A stretch of DNA of 64,000 bases from an uncultured Desulfovibrionaceae bacterium (GCA_964370245.1 CAYJIN010000002.1:841-64840); one strand, 5' to 3'. Positions 9,887 to 19,831 are shown, numbered from the stretch's first letter. Notes: generated by a model from the sequence alone, not told the origin. Numbers and translations: made by a program.

Positions 9887-10480
9887 CTACTTAGACACTA
9901 CAACTTTTGCTGGGCGTAAAAGTCTATCTTTGAGCATATAGCCTTTTTGAAGAACTTTAACAATATAATTTGCTTCTAATTCTTCACTTTCTTCTTGGCT
10001 TACAGCTTCATGAATTTCAGGATTAAAAGGAACTTTCTCATCAGAAATTGTGTTTAAACCGTGGTTTTTCAAACTATCAAGAAGAAGTTTTCTTGTCATT
10101 TGAATGCCTATAAGAATATCTTTACATGCTTCATTGCTTGAATATTGCAAAGCTAAGTCGAGGTTATCGAGTGCCGGAATAATATCAAGTAAAACATTTT
10201 CAGCAGCAAACTTTGCTTGCTCTTCTTTTTCACGCATAAGGCGTTTTTTGAAATTATCCATTTCAGCAAGTGTGCGCAATTTTAGTTCTTCAATTTCTTT
10301 TTGTGCATCAGCTTGTGAAAATGCTTTTTCTTCTGCTTGCTCAGTCTGGTTTTCAGCTTGTTCAACTTCTTCATCTAAAACTTGTTCATAAAGATTTTGA
10401 GCTTCTTCAGAAATATTCACGTCATCAGCTGAGTTTTGAACTTTTTCAAATTCACCTTTTTTATTGTATGTATGTGGCAT
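9887..10480 (-). CDS. grpE: nucleotide exchange factor GrpE
   Basis: 197-aa ORF with an acidic N-terminus, LRTLAEMDNFKKRLMREKEE and a C-terminal beta domain (GYMLKDRLLRPAKVVV). Confidence 0.9.
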   Translation of the reverse strand: MPHTYNKKGEFEKVQNSADDVNISEEAQNLYEQVLDEEVEQAENQTEQAEEKAFSQADAQKEIEELKLRTLAEMDNFKKRLMREKEEQAKFAAENVLLDIIPALDNLDLALQYSSNEACKDILIGIQMTRKLLLDSLKNHGLNTISDEKVPFNPEIHEAVSQEESEELEANYIVKVLQKGYMLKDRLLRPAKVVVSK

Positions 10481-10584
10481 AACATCCTCAAATTAAATTA
10501 TTCTTTTTGAAATTTTAATCATATATAATTACTTGTCAAGCGCTAAGCGTTTATTCTTTAAATATTTTAGAATTTATCCACTTA

Positions 10585-11481
10585 TTATTTTGGATTTTTC
10601 ATTATTATTTTTGAATTATCAGCAACGTCATCAGTCACCCAAACATTACCACCAATAACGCAATTTTCACCAATAGTAATATTTCCAAGAATAGTAGCAC
10701 CCGCATACACAATAACGTTATTGAGTAATTTTGGATGACGTATATTACCTTTTACAAGCACACCGTCTTCGCCTTTAGGGAATGATAAAGCACCAAGTGT
10801 AACCCCTTGATATACCCTACAATGATTGCCAATTCTGCAAGTTTCACCAATAACAACACCAGTTCCGTGATCAATAAAGAAATATTCGCCAATTTGTGCG
10901 CCTGGGTGAATATCAATTCCTGTTCTCGAATGTGCCATTTCAGAAATAATTCTTGGAATTAATGGAACTTTTATTTTATAAAGTTCATGCGCAATTCTAT
11001 GGTGAGTCAATGCTAATAGCGAAGGATAACAAAAGATTGTTTCCCCCGGTGAAGTTGCTGCTGGGTCGCCTTCATAGGCAGCTTGTGCATCTTTTACTAA
11101 AAGATCACGAATTTTTGGCAATGTAGCAAGAAATTCAACAGTCATATCGTGTGAAGTACGCTCACAGCCATTGCAATCTTGCGCATATTCAGCACAGGCA
11201 AAACAACCGCCAGCAATAATTTGCTCTTTGAGTAAGCGATAGATTGAATCCATGCTTGCTGAAACGTGATAACGAATTGATTCAGGAAAAACTTGTGAAG
11301 TACCAAAAAATCCAGGAAAGATAATTGCCTTTAATCTTTCAACAATTTCATTGAGCGCTACTGTTGAAGGCATAGGCGAATTGCACACAGTTGCATGAAA
11401 AACACTTTCTAATTGTTCTGCAGTGCATAATTCTTCAGTTATTTGGTCAATTATTGGAATACGTTTTGGAGAAATAATCAT
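10585..11481 (-). CDS. cysE: serine O-acetyltransferase
   Basis: 298-aa ORF with a hexapeptide-repeat C-terminal half (DIHPGAQIGEYFFIDHGTGVVIGET). It lies directly upstream of cysK. Confidence 0.85.
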   Translation of the reverse strand: MIISPKRIPIIDQITEELCTAEQLESVFHATVCNSPMPSTVALNEIVERLKAIIFPGFFGTSQVFPESIRYHVSASMDSIYRLLKEQIIAGGCFACAEYAQDCNGCERTSHDMTVEFLATLPKIRDLLVKDAQAAYEGDPAATSPGETIFCYPSLLALTHHRIAHELYKIKVPLIPRIISEMAHSRTGIDIHPGAQIGEYFFIDHGTGVVIGETCRIGNHCRVYQGVTLGALSFPKGEDGVLVKGNIRHPKLLNNVIVYAGATILGNITIGENCVIGGNVWVTDDVADNSKIIMKNPK

Positions 11482-11505
11482 ATTAAACCTTTATTTATAG
11501 ATGTC

Positions 11506-12435
11506 TTATTCATTAAATAAAGCAGTTGAGAGATATTTGTCAACCGCATCAGGCGCAACAGTTACAATATTTTTATGCGGATTATTTATAGCATATCGAA
11601 TACAAGCAGCTAAGTTTGCACCTGTTGAAATTCCGCAAGAAATACCTTCAAGCTTCATGAGATTTTGCGCTTCTTCAATAGCTTTTTCAGTGGTGACTTT
11701 ATAGATATTATCCACTACATCACGATTGAAATTATCAGGAATAAAGCCAGCACCAATCCCTTGAATGCCGTGTTTACCAACTGGTTCGCCAGATAACACA
11801 GCAGAAGTTGCTGGTTCAACAGCAATTATATGTGTATCAGAAATATTTTCTTTCAAATATTTGCCAACGCCGCTCAAAGTTCCTGAACTGCCAACACCTG
11901 CAACAAAGGCATTGAGCTCAAGAGAATTTTCCACAAAAAAATCTAAAATTTCAGGGCCAGTATTTTGATAGTGCGCTTCAACACAAGCTGGATTTGAGAA
12001 CTGATCAGGCATATAAGCATTTTCTAATTCTTCAACTAATTCTTTTGCTTTTTTAACTGCTCCACTCATGCCTTGATCAGCAGGAGTAAGCACAAGTTCT
12101 GCGCCATAGGCTTGAAGAAGTTTTCTTCTTTCAATTGACATTGATTCTGGCATGACTAGCATTGTGGTAAGCCCAAATTCTTTTGCAACAATTGCTAAGC
12201 CTATACCAGTATTTCCGCTTGTAGGTTCAACAATAATGCCATTTTCGCTTACTTTCCCTTCTTGTATTGCTGTTTGCACCATTTGAAGTGCAATTCTATC
12301 TTTAATAGAACCACCAGGATTTCTGCTTTCAAGCTTTAGAAAGAAAGAGGCATTATAAAGCTCTGAAAATTTACGTAAATATATAATCGGTGTATTACCT
12401 ATAGTTGAATTAATTCTTTGTGCATCAAAATTCAT
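11506..12435 (-). CDS. cysK: cysteine synthase A (O-acetylserine sulfhydrylase)
   Basis: 309-aa ORF with PLP-enzyme motifs (NPGGSIKDR, TSGNTGIGLA, GVGSSGT) and a TAGGAGG RBS. Confidence 0.92.
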   Translation of the reverse strand: MNFDAQRINSTIGNTPIIYLRKFSELYNASFFLKLESRNPGGSIKDRIALQMVQTAIQEGKVSENGIIVEPTSGNTGIGLAIVAKEFGLTTMLVMPESMSIERRKLLQAYGAELVLTPADQGMSGAVKKAKELVEELENAYMPDQFSNPACVEAHYQNTGPEILDFFVENSLELNAFVAGVGSSGTLSGVGKYLKENISDTHIIAVEPATSAVLSGEPVGKHGIQGIGAGFIPDNFNRDVVDNIYKVTTEKAIEEAQNLMKLEGISCGISTGANLAACIRYAINNPHKNIVTVAPDAVDKYLSTALFNE

Positions 12436-12462
12436 AATAACCTCCTAAAAAATAATAAAAAT

Positions 12463-12846
12463 TTAACCAAACATTTTTGGCATTGGTTCAATACCATTTG
12501 TTTTAAGCATGCGAACTTGAACTTTTGGCTCGCACTCAAGTTTACCTTTACATTGCGCCAATGCATCATCAACCAATTTTGAAAGTGTACAACAAGGTAC
12601 TTCCATTCTTATTATATCAATCTGCTTTGCTTTTGCAATTATGAATATTTCTGCTAACCTATTAGTAAGTTCTTCTTTATCCTCCAAACGAGGGCAAGCA
12701 ATGAGTAAAGTTTTATCTTTTGTGTATCTTTGATGAAATGATTGACACGCAAAAGCTGTGCAATCAGCCGCAAGGCAGATTTTTTCACTTTCAAGATATT
12801 CTGCTTTCAAAGGAACTAAGCTTACTTTTAATGGCCATTTTTTCAT
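12463..12846 (-). CDS. Cys-rich hypothetical protein (resembles the C-terminal domain of larger 4Fe-4S ferredoxin-domain proteins)
   Basis: 127-aa ORF with the motifs WPLKVSLVP, AADCTAFA, IACPRLED and MEVPCC. The family assignment is from memory only. Confidence 0.45.
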   Translation of the reverse strand: MKKWPLKVSLVPLKAEYLESEKICLAADCTAFACQSFHQRYTKDKTLLIACPRLEDKEELTNRLAEIFIIAKAKQIDIIRMEVPCCTLSKLVDDALAQCKGKLECEPKVQVRMLKTNGIEPMPKMFG

Positions 12847-12917
12847 AATAAATCCAATATATTTTATTGGGGATAGTATTTATCAATTTATTAAGAAATA
12901 CTATCCCACAACAAAAG

Positions 12918-14156
12918 TTATACTTTTTCCATCAATTTTGGTTCATATTGACATAAAGGTTCTTCAGCAAGATGATTTTCATGCATTGAATAAGCTCTTG
13001 CCCTACACCCACCGCAAACTTTATGATATTCACACACACCACATTTGCCTTCATAGGTTGATTTATCTCTGAATTGATTGAAGATTTTTGAGTTTTTCCA
13101 AATTTCAGGGAATCTTTCTTTTTTAATATTTCCGCAATCAAGTTCAAGATAACCACAAGGTTGAACTTGCCCAACGTGTGATACAAAACAGAAACCAATT
13201 CCGCCTAAACAGCCACGTGTCATAGCGTCCATACCAAAGTTTTCACGAGTTACGGGAATATTATCTTCTTTAGCTCTTTGGCGCATAATACGGTAATAAT
13301 GCGGCGCACAAGTTGCTTTAAGATGCATTGAAGTTGTTTGCCTAAAATCATAAAACCAGTGAAGAACTTTTTCATATTCTGCAGCTGTAATAACTTCATC
13401 TTGAATGTCAGAAGCTCTGCCCATTGGCACAAGCAAGAAAATATGCCATGCAACAGCACCAAGTTTTTCACAAAGATTAAAGATTTCTTTAAAAGTGTGA
13501 AGATTTGACTTTGTTACAGTAGTATTGATTTGAAATTCAACACCTGCTGCTTTCAAATATTCAATGCCTTGCAATGATTTTTCAAAAGAACCAGGAACAC
13601 CACGGAAACTATCATGCGATTCAGCATCCTTACCATCAATAGAAATAGAGCATCTGCCAAAACCTGCTTCTTTAATTTGATGCGCATTTTCAGCTGTAAT
13701 TAAAGTTCCGTTTGGAGATAAAACTGGGTGTAAACCAATTGATTTAGCGTAAGCGCCAAGTTCATAAATATCAGGGCGCATCATAGGATCGCCACCTGTA
13801 AAGATAATGATTGGATTGCCAACTTCAGTAAATGTATCAAGCAAAGCTTTCGCTTCTTTTGTATCTAACTCACCTTCGTATGGCTCGATATGCGCTTCAG
13901 CACGGCAGTGTTTACACGCTAAGTTACAAGAACGTGTTACTTCCCATGCGATTAAACGGCAATTTGGTGCGTCCATTGGATGGCCTGTCTGATGGCCTGT
14001 ACCCATGGGATGACCATTTGCGCCATGCCCGTGTGGGTGCCCACCTTTATGAGCGTGCGGATGTCCGCTTTTATCAGAATTTGACAGTCCACTCTGTTCT
14101 TGTGCTCCGTGTCCATGCGGGGCACTTATATTTGATGCATTAGTTTTTTCACTCAC
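12918..14156 (-). CDS. ahbD: radical SAM/SPASM haem b synthase AhbD-like, with His-rich N-terminal extension
   Basis: CNLACKHC radical-SAM cluster motif and a C-terminal SPASM Cys cluster (CGVCEYHKVCGGCRARA). It is translationally coupled to hemB through a TAGTG overlap at 14156 (GTG start). Confidence 0.75.
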   Translation of the reverse strand: MSEKTNASNISAPHGHGAQEQSGLSNSDKSGHPHAHKGGHPHGHGANGHPMGTGHQTGHPMDAPNCRLIAWEVTRSCNLACKHCRAEAHIEPYEGELDTKEAKALLDTFTEVGNPIIIFTGGDPMMRPDIYELGAYAKSIGLHPVLSPNGTLITAENAHQIKEAGFGRCSISIDGKDAESHDSFRGVPGSFEKSLQGIEYLKAAGVEFQINTTVTKSNLHTFKEIFNLCEKLGAVAWHIFLLVPMGRASDIQDEVITAAEYEKVLHWFYDFRQTTSMHLKATCAPHYYRIMRQRAKEDNIPVTRENFGMDAMTRGCLGGIGFCFVSHVGQVQPCGYLELDCGNIKKERFPEIWKNSKIFNQFRDKSTYEGKCGVCEYHKVCGGCRARAYSMHENHLAEEPLCQYEPKLMEKV

Positions 14157-15160
14157 TAGATAAGTCCTCTATAAAGTAAATCTTCAGTAAAATAGGTAAT
14201 AATAATTTGTGCGCCTGCTCTTCTTAGTCCAATAAGCGATTCAAAAGCGACTGCTGTTTCGTCAATCCAGCCGTTTTGTCCAGCGGCTTTAATCATTGAA
14301 TATTCACCACTTACTTGATAAGCAGCAATTGGTGTATCAAAAGTAGTGTGCAAGGTATGAATAATATCTTGATACGCACCAGCTGGTTTAACAATAAGAA
14401 TATCAGCACCTTCTTGAATATCAGCTTGCGCTTCACGAGTTGCTTCTTTCACAATTGAAAAATCCATTTGATATGAACGTCTATCACCCATTTGTGGTGC
14501 TGATTCAGCCGCTTCTCTAAATGGGCCATAATAAGATGATGCATATTTCACAGAATAAGACATAATTGGAATATTCTCAAAGCCTTTATCCGCTTCATCT
14601 AAAGCAGCACGAATAACAGCAATTCTTCCATCCATCATGTCAGATGGTGCTAAAATATCAGCCCCAGCTTCTGCATGGGAAAGCGCAGTTCTTGCTAAAT
14701 ATTCTAAAGTTGCGTCATTATCAACTGTAACTATATCTTTAGTTCTGCCTTGTTTGAGAATACCGCAGTGGCCATGATCAGTATATTCACAAAGGCAAAC
14801 ATCAGTAATAACAACAAGATGTGGCCAACGTTTTTTTATCATGCGAACAGCTTGCTGCACAATACCATTTTCATGATAACCTTCAGAACCTGTAGCATTT
14901 TTCTTTTTAGGAATGCCAAAAAGAATAAGCGAATGTAAGCCACAATCAACAATTTCTTCTAGATGTTTTTCTAAAGCTTTAAGAGAAAATTGAAAAATGC
15001 CTGGCATTGAGGCAATTGGTCTTTTATAGTTTGGATCAGGTGTATCAACAACAAAATATGGCATTACCAAATTTTCACGTCTCAGCACAACTTCACGCAT
15101 AATTGAACGCATTTCAGGGCTTTGTCTTAACCTTCTTCCACGAAAAAATGAAACTTCCAT
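14156..15160 (-). CDS. hemB: porphobilinogen synthase (delta-aminolevulinate dehydratase)
   Basis: Full-length HemB-like ORF (CLCEYTDHGHCG Zn site, VKPAGAY). The start is set at the ATG (MEVSFFRGRRLRQ) after an AAGGAAA RBS. Confidence 0.92.
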   Translation of the reverse strand: MEVSFFRGRRLRQSPEMRSIMREVVLRRENLVMPYFVVDTPDPNYKRPIASMPGIFQFSLKALEKHLEEIVDCGLHSLILFGIPKKKNATGSEGYHENGIVQQAVRMIKKRWPHLVVITDVCLCEYTDHGHCGILKQGRTKDIVTVDNDATLEYLARTALSHAEAGADILAPSDMMDGRIAVIRAALDEADKGFENIPIMSYSVKYASSYYGPFREAAESAPQMGDRRSYQMDFSIVKEATREAQADIQEGADILIVKPAGAYQDIIHTLHTTFDTPIAAYQVSGEYSMIKAAGQNGWIDETAVAFESLIGLRRAGAQIIITYFTEDLLYRGLI

Positions 15161-15321
15161 TGTATTTCCTTTTATCAATAAATAAATGCACTATTTATCT
15201 ATTGTAGATTATTTATAGATAATATATCTTAATTTTCATCAAGATATATAACAAGCTATTGTGATTAGCAAGTATGATTTGAATCACACTTTTCAAATTT
15301 TATTATGATTATTTATCATAT

Positions 15322-16187
15322 CTAACCTTCAAAAAGTTTTCTTACTTCTTCAATATATTTATTTGGTGTTGAAGCACCAGCAGTTATAGCAATGTTTTTT
15401 GCATTGTGAAAATCAGCAATATCCAATTCACTCGCCTGCTCAATATAATAAGTTGGCAATTTATATGATGTAGCAATTTCTGCTAAACGTCTTGTATTTC
15501 CGCTTGTTTTGCCGCCAATTACAATAAAAGCATCTGGCTTATTTTCATTATCCAAGGCAAGCTCACGCACGGCATCTTGTCTATCACTTGTTGCATTACA
15601 AATGGTATCAAGTATTTTTAAATTTCCTTGAACTAAATCTTTAAGTTTTTAGAAAATTCATTATAGATTTCTTTGTCTTGTGTTGTTTGAGAAACTAAAA
15701 TTATATTCTTTGGAAGATCTTGAAGCTTTGATAAAACATCTTCAGGGTTTGAAAAAACAAGATATGGAATAGAAGAATAAGAAACCAAGCCCCTTACCTC
15801 GGGGTGTTCTTCTTCACCATAAAGCAGAAGAAGAGTATCAAATGAAGACTTTGAGGTTGAATTTGCAACAGCAATTTGTGCAGCTTTCACTTTAGGACAC
15901 GTTGCATCAATAAGTTTTACGTCTTTTAAATTAAGTTTTTCTTCATCTTCTTTAGGAATACCATGCGCGCGAATAATCACACACATATTATCTTCAACAT
16001 CTTCAACAGAATTTAAAACTTCAACCTTTTTCTCTTTATATTCAGCTAACACTTGAGGATTATGAATAATTGGTCCTAAAGTTGCTACTTTCAAGCAAGT
16101 GTTTTCCAATAAAGCAGAATCTAATTTTTTAAGAGCTAAATCAACCCCCATACAAAAACCTGCATGTTTAGCAATAGTTACTTTCAT
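15322..16187 (-). pseudogene. ispH: 4-hydroxy-3-methylbut-2-enyl diphosphate reductase, interrupted by a 1-nt frameshift
   Basis: The N-terminal part (15633..16187: AKHAGFCMGV, IHNPQV, DATCPKV, SQTTQ) and the C-terminal part (frame continues as KDLVQGNLKILDTICNATSDRQ...GGKTSGNT...) lie in different frames. They switch within or next to the T5 run at 15646-15650. Confidence 0.8.
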
Positions 16188-16207
16188 AGAACACCTTTTT
16201 ATCAAAA

Positions 16208-17809
16208 TTATATTTTTTTTCTTTGTATTTTTCTTAATAGTGGCGCTAAAAAAACATTCAAATCATCTCTTTGTAATTTATACATTAATATAAACCAAAT
16301 TAAAGAAAAGACAGTGCCTGATATTAATAATTCATAAAATTGTTTGAATAATGGTGAAACATTAAATGAGATATGCTCAAGTTTAACTTGCACATACCAA
16401 GCAAAAAAGATTGGTGGAAGAACAATTACTAATGAGCGTAAAAAGGCTTTTGCGCAATCAAGATATATTTGAGATGAATTTTTCTTTTGCCATACATAAA
16501 AAAGAATAAAAGTATAGAGAATAACAGATAAAGAAGTAATACTAGCAACCATTATAGAACCATACATTGGCACAAAATAAATATAAATCGGCACAACTAT
16601 ACATGTTGCAATTGTTCCTACAATAGCAGGAGTTATTGTATTTTGCTTCGCGTAAAAAGCACGAGCTATAATTTGCTGAATTGCCCAAAATGGAACTGAA
16701 ATAAGCATAATCTGTAATAGTGGGCTTGCTTTTTCTGTTTCAAGCGTTGTAAAAACACCGCCTTCAAAAATAAATCCTATAATATTCTTTGCTTCTAAAA
16801 TCATATAAGAAGTGATTGGAATAATAATAATAAGCGAAGATGTAATTGCCCTTGAAAGCGTTTGATTGAATTTATCAAATTGTTTTTCAGCAAGCAAAGA
16901 AGCAAGAAATGGAAAAGAGGCAACAGCCGCTGCTTGGGCAACAACACCAACGGGAACAAGCATTATCCTTCTTGAATAATTGAGTAAAGATACCGCACCT
17001 TCACCAGCCATAGAACCGAAAATTCTCACAAATTGCTCATCTAAAACAACAATTGACTGCCCTAACATTAAAGGAAGAGCAATAATAATAAATTTTTTGA
17101 AATCTTTATGTTTGAGAGATAAATTCCATTCTAAGCCATGTCTTTTTACTGCATAATAAGGCAAAAGGAATGCACCTAAAAATCCACCAAAGAGCACACC
17201 ATAACAAAATCCTTCCATGCCTTGTGCTAAACCTAAATAAGGAAATGCAACACCAAAAAGAAGAATAAATCCGTTATAAATCAAGGGCATAAGCGCGGGC
17301 ACTAAAAATTCTTTTCTAATGTAAAGAATTGCTGAAAAGCAAGCACCGAGTAAAAAGAAAACTTGAGCAAACAAGATAATTCGTAAAAAATAGGCTAAAC
17401 GTATTTTCTGTTCAGGACTGAAACCAGGCGCTATAATATTTGTTAGATTAGGCGCAAAAATAAAAGCTAAACAAGTAAGGGAAGTTATAGCAATTGCCGC
17501 CCAAGAAAAGACTGTTCCGAAAAAATGCCAACTATCTTTTTTGCAAGAAGCTACACTATTGTTTTCACACAGTTCTTTTTCAGCATTAAATTTTTCTGCC
17601 AAAAATGGAATAAGTGTTATAGAAAGATATCCACCTGCTAAAAGGTAATTTATGAAATCAGGAATAACAAAAGCTGTAAAATAAATATCAGCATCATTAC
17701 CTGCACCAAACTGCCAAGAGATAATTTTATCACGAAATAAACCCATAAATCGAGATAAAAGCATGCTCACAGCCATTACAAGTGCTGCTATTCCCATTGA
17801 TAATTTCAT
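16208..17809 (-). CDS. murJ: lipid II flippase MurJ
   Basis: 533-aa polytopic membrane ORF with a MurJ/MviN-type N-terminus (SRFMGLFRDKIISWQFGAG). Confidence 0.85.
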   Translation of the reverse strand: MKLSMGIAALVMAVSMLLSRFMGLFRDKIISWQFGAGNDADIYFTAFVIPDFINYLLAGGYLSITLIPFLAEKFNAEKELCENNSVASCKKDSWHFFGTVFSWAAIAITSLTCLAFIFAPNLTNIIAPGFSPEQKIRLAYFLRIILFAQVFFLLGACFSAILYIRKEFLVPALMPLIYNGFILLFGVAFPYLGLAQGMEGFCYGVLFGGFLGAFLLPYYAVKRHGLEWNLSLKHKDFKKFIIIALPLMLGQSIVVLDEQFVRIFGSMAGEGAVSLLNYSRRIMLVPVGVVAQAAAVASFPFLASLLAEKQFDKFNQTLSRAITSSLIIIIPITSYMILEAKNIIGFIFEGGVFTTLETEKASPLLQIMLISVPFWAIQQIIARAFYAKQNTITPAIVGTIATCIVVPIYIYFVPMYGSIMVASITSLSVILYTFILFYVWQKKNSSQIYLDCAKAFLRSLVIVLPPIFFAWYVQVKLEHISFNVSPLFKQFYELLISGTVFSLIWFILMYKLQRDDLNVFLAPLLRKIQRKKI

Positions 17810-17880
17810 TTCTTCGCCTTTTACAAAGAAGGGAACTTTAAAAGCTCCCTTTTTATTATTTCTAAGTTGACTTTACAAGA

Positions 17881-18834
17881 CTAAATTTTGAGAAGTGGAA
17901 AAGTTCCAAAAGTTTTTTCATATCTTTCAATGAAAGCTTGGTTAGTAAAGTTATGCTCTTGTGTGCCATTTTTTTCAACACAAAAAGATGCAGTAACTGA
18001 CGCAAGTTGTGCTGAAGTAATAATATCAAGTTCAGAGTGTAAACCTTTTAATAAGCCAGCTCTGTAAGAATCGCCACAACCAGTAGGGTCAACAACACAA
18101 TCAGGTTTTGCAACATCAATCATATACATTTTTTCAAACTCTCTACCGCTAATTGAAGAACCTTTTTCGCCATATGTAGTTATGATATAAGTAAGTTTAT
18201 TGTATAAGTCTTCAATTTTCACATCAAGAATCTGACAAATGCGTGAAATTTCATAATCGTTACCAATTAAAATATCGCAAGCTTCAATCATTTCAGCTAA
18301 ATGCTCATGAGGAAGAACAATAATTTGCTGGCCAGGATCTGCAATTAATCTTGTTTTTTCAGAAGCATAATGACGAGTAAGATTAATCATATCGTCTAAA
18401 TTTCCTGGTGAAACAATTGCCCAATCGTTTGCAACATCAGTTTTTGGGTAAAAAGCAGGAATAAGATTATTTGACATAGCCGCAGGTGAGAAAGCAGCTA
18501 TTTGATTAGCCATTAAATCAGTTGTGATGTAACAGGAAGCTGTGAAGTTATTATCATCAACAAAAACATTTTCTAATGGAATATCAAGTTCTTTGAATGC
18601 TTTTTCATAAGTGATAAAATCTTTACCGACTGATGAATACATCATTGGTTTTTCGCCTAAAAGCGCAAGGTTATACGCAATATTTCCAGCTGTTCCACCA
18701 CGCATTTCAACAACTTTATCAACCATAAATGAAACGTTTAAAACGTGTAATTTTTCTGGTAAGATATGTTCTTCAAATTTCCCAGGGAAAGTCATAATTC
18801 TATCATAAGCAATAGATCCTGAAATGTGTATCAT
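17881..18834 (-). CDS. PfkB-family carbohydrate/nucleoside kinase
   Basis: 317-aa ORF with a ribokinase-fold N-terminal motif (GGTAGNIAYNLALLG) and a C-terminal DPTGCGDSYRAG anion-hole motif. Confidence 0.75.
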   Translation of the reverse strand: MIHISGSIAYDRIMTFPGKFEEHILPEKLHVLNVSFMVDKVVEMRGGTAGNIAYNLALLGEKPMMYSSVGKDFITYEKAFKELDIPLENVFVDDNNFTASCYITTDLMANQIAAFSPAAMSNNLIPAFYPKTDVANDWAIVSPGNLDDMINLTRHYASEKTRLIADPGQQIIVLPHEHLAEMIEACDILIGNDYEISRICQILDVKIEDLYNKLTYIITTYGEKGSSISGREFEKMYMIDVAKPDCVVDPTGCGDSYRAGLLKGLHSELDIITSAQLASVTASFCVEKNGTQEHNFTNQAFIERYEKTFGTFPLLKI

Positions 18835-18992
18835 GCGAATAATCCTTTCTTTTTATATAAAATTAATTTATCATACTTTTACAAGATTTGATAAAAAAAG
18901 CATATACAAATATTATAAAAAAGCAATATTTTTATCATTGCACAAAGTTTTTTCTTCAAATTTTCTTACAAAAGCAAACAAAGGTTGTTTAT

Positions 18993-19646
18993 ATGAAAAA
19001 ATATACAAAAGCAATAAAAGAACGCGCGGCTACAGTAATTGACTTACTCAATGTGCGTTATATAAAGCCAGAAACTTTACTTAATTCAACTTCACCATGG
19101 GAATTACTTGTTGCCACTGTGTTAGCCGCACAATGCACTGACGCGCGCGTAAACATGGTTACCCCTGCCCTATTTGAACGCTTCAAGACGGTTTATGATT
19201 TTACTGATGCTGAACTTTCTGAAGTGGAAGAATATGTAAAATCTACTGGTTTTTATCACAACAAAGCAAAAAATATTATTGCAGCTTCAAAAATCATCGT
19301 CAACGAACATAATGGCGAAGTTCCGCAAACTATGGAAGAATTAGTTAAACTTCCTGGCCTTGGGCGTAAGACTGCTAATTGTGTTCTTTCAGGAGCATTT
19401 GGAATAAATCTTGGCATTGCCGTTGATACGCATGTAAAACGAATTGCCTATCGTCTTGGTTTAACAAAAGAAACTGATCCTGTAAAAGTTGAGGAAGATT
19501 TACTCGCAATCTTTATTCCAGAACAATGGGGTAATGTAAATCATAAAATGGTGTGGTTTGGCAGACATGTTTGCGATGCTAAAAAACCACAATGTTCTGA
19601 ATGTGAGATGCAAGAATTTTGCCCGAAAGTTGGTGTAAAAGTATAA
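18993..19646 (+). CDS. nth: endonuclease III
   Basis: HhH-GPD motif (LVKLPGLGRKTANCVL) and a C-terminal 4Fe-4S loop (CDAKKPQCSECEMQEFC). The start is set at the internal ATG (MKKYTK); the upstream part of the track ORF looks non-coding. Confidence 0.88.
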   Translation: MKKYTKAIKERAATVIDLLNVRYIKPETLLNSTSPWELLVATVLAAQCTDARVNMVTPALFERFKTVYDFTDAELSEVEEYVKSTGFYHNKAKNIIAASKIIVNEHNGEVPQTMEELVKLPGLGRKTANCVLSGAFGINLGIAVDTHVKRIAYRLGLTKETDPVKVEEDLLAIFIPEQWGNVNHKMVWFGRHVCDAKKPQCSECEMQEFCPKVGVKV

Positions 19647-19723
19647 TTTATTTAAGTGTTCTTAAATCAGCTTAGGAACACTTAAAAATATATATTTATA
19701 AATTTTAATAACATAAAAAAGAC

Positions 19724-19753
19724 TTGACAACATCATATTATATATAGTATAGA
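19724..19753 (+). promoter_or_regulatory. sigma70-like promoter candidate for the rimP-nusA-infB operon
   Basis: TTGACA (19724-19729), an 18-nt spacer, then TATAGA (19748-19753). Confidence 0.4.
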
Positions 19754-19803
19754 TTTTCTGCATGAAAGAAAAAGCTTGCTTATTTGTTTCATGTTTTAGT
19801 TGA

Positions 19804-19831
19804 GGTTGCCTGTTGTGGCTACCTTTTTTTT
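19804..19831 (+). terminator. leader terminator/attenuator 24 nt upstream of the rimP start
   Basis: GGTTGCC (19804-19810) pairs with GGCTACC (19817-19823) with one mismatch, followed by T8 (19824-19831). A second imperfect hairpin at 19761-19793, followed by TTTT, precedes it. Confidence 0.55.

Noticed and set aside
15322-16205. Treating the two ispH fragments as separate genuine genes
   Set aside because: Neither fragment is a complete domain set. The third Fe-S cysteine and the C-terminal lobe are only in the downstream fragment, and the two join perfectly after a 1-nt correction in a homopolymer.
18888-18992. 35-codon N-terminal extension of nth, and the overlapping 72-aa ORF at 18824..19042
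   Set aside because: The extension is AT-rich and promoter-like with an implausible composition (K/F/Y/I-rich). Endonuclease III homology begins at the internal Met, which has an upstream AAGG.
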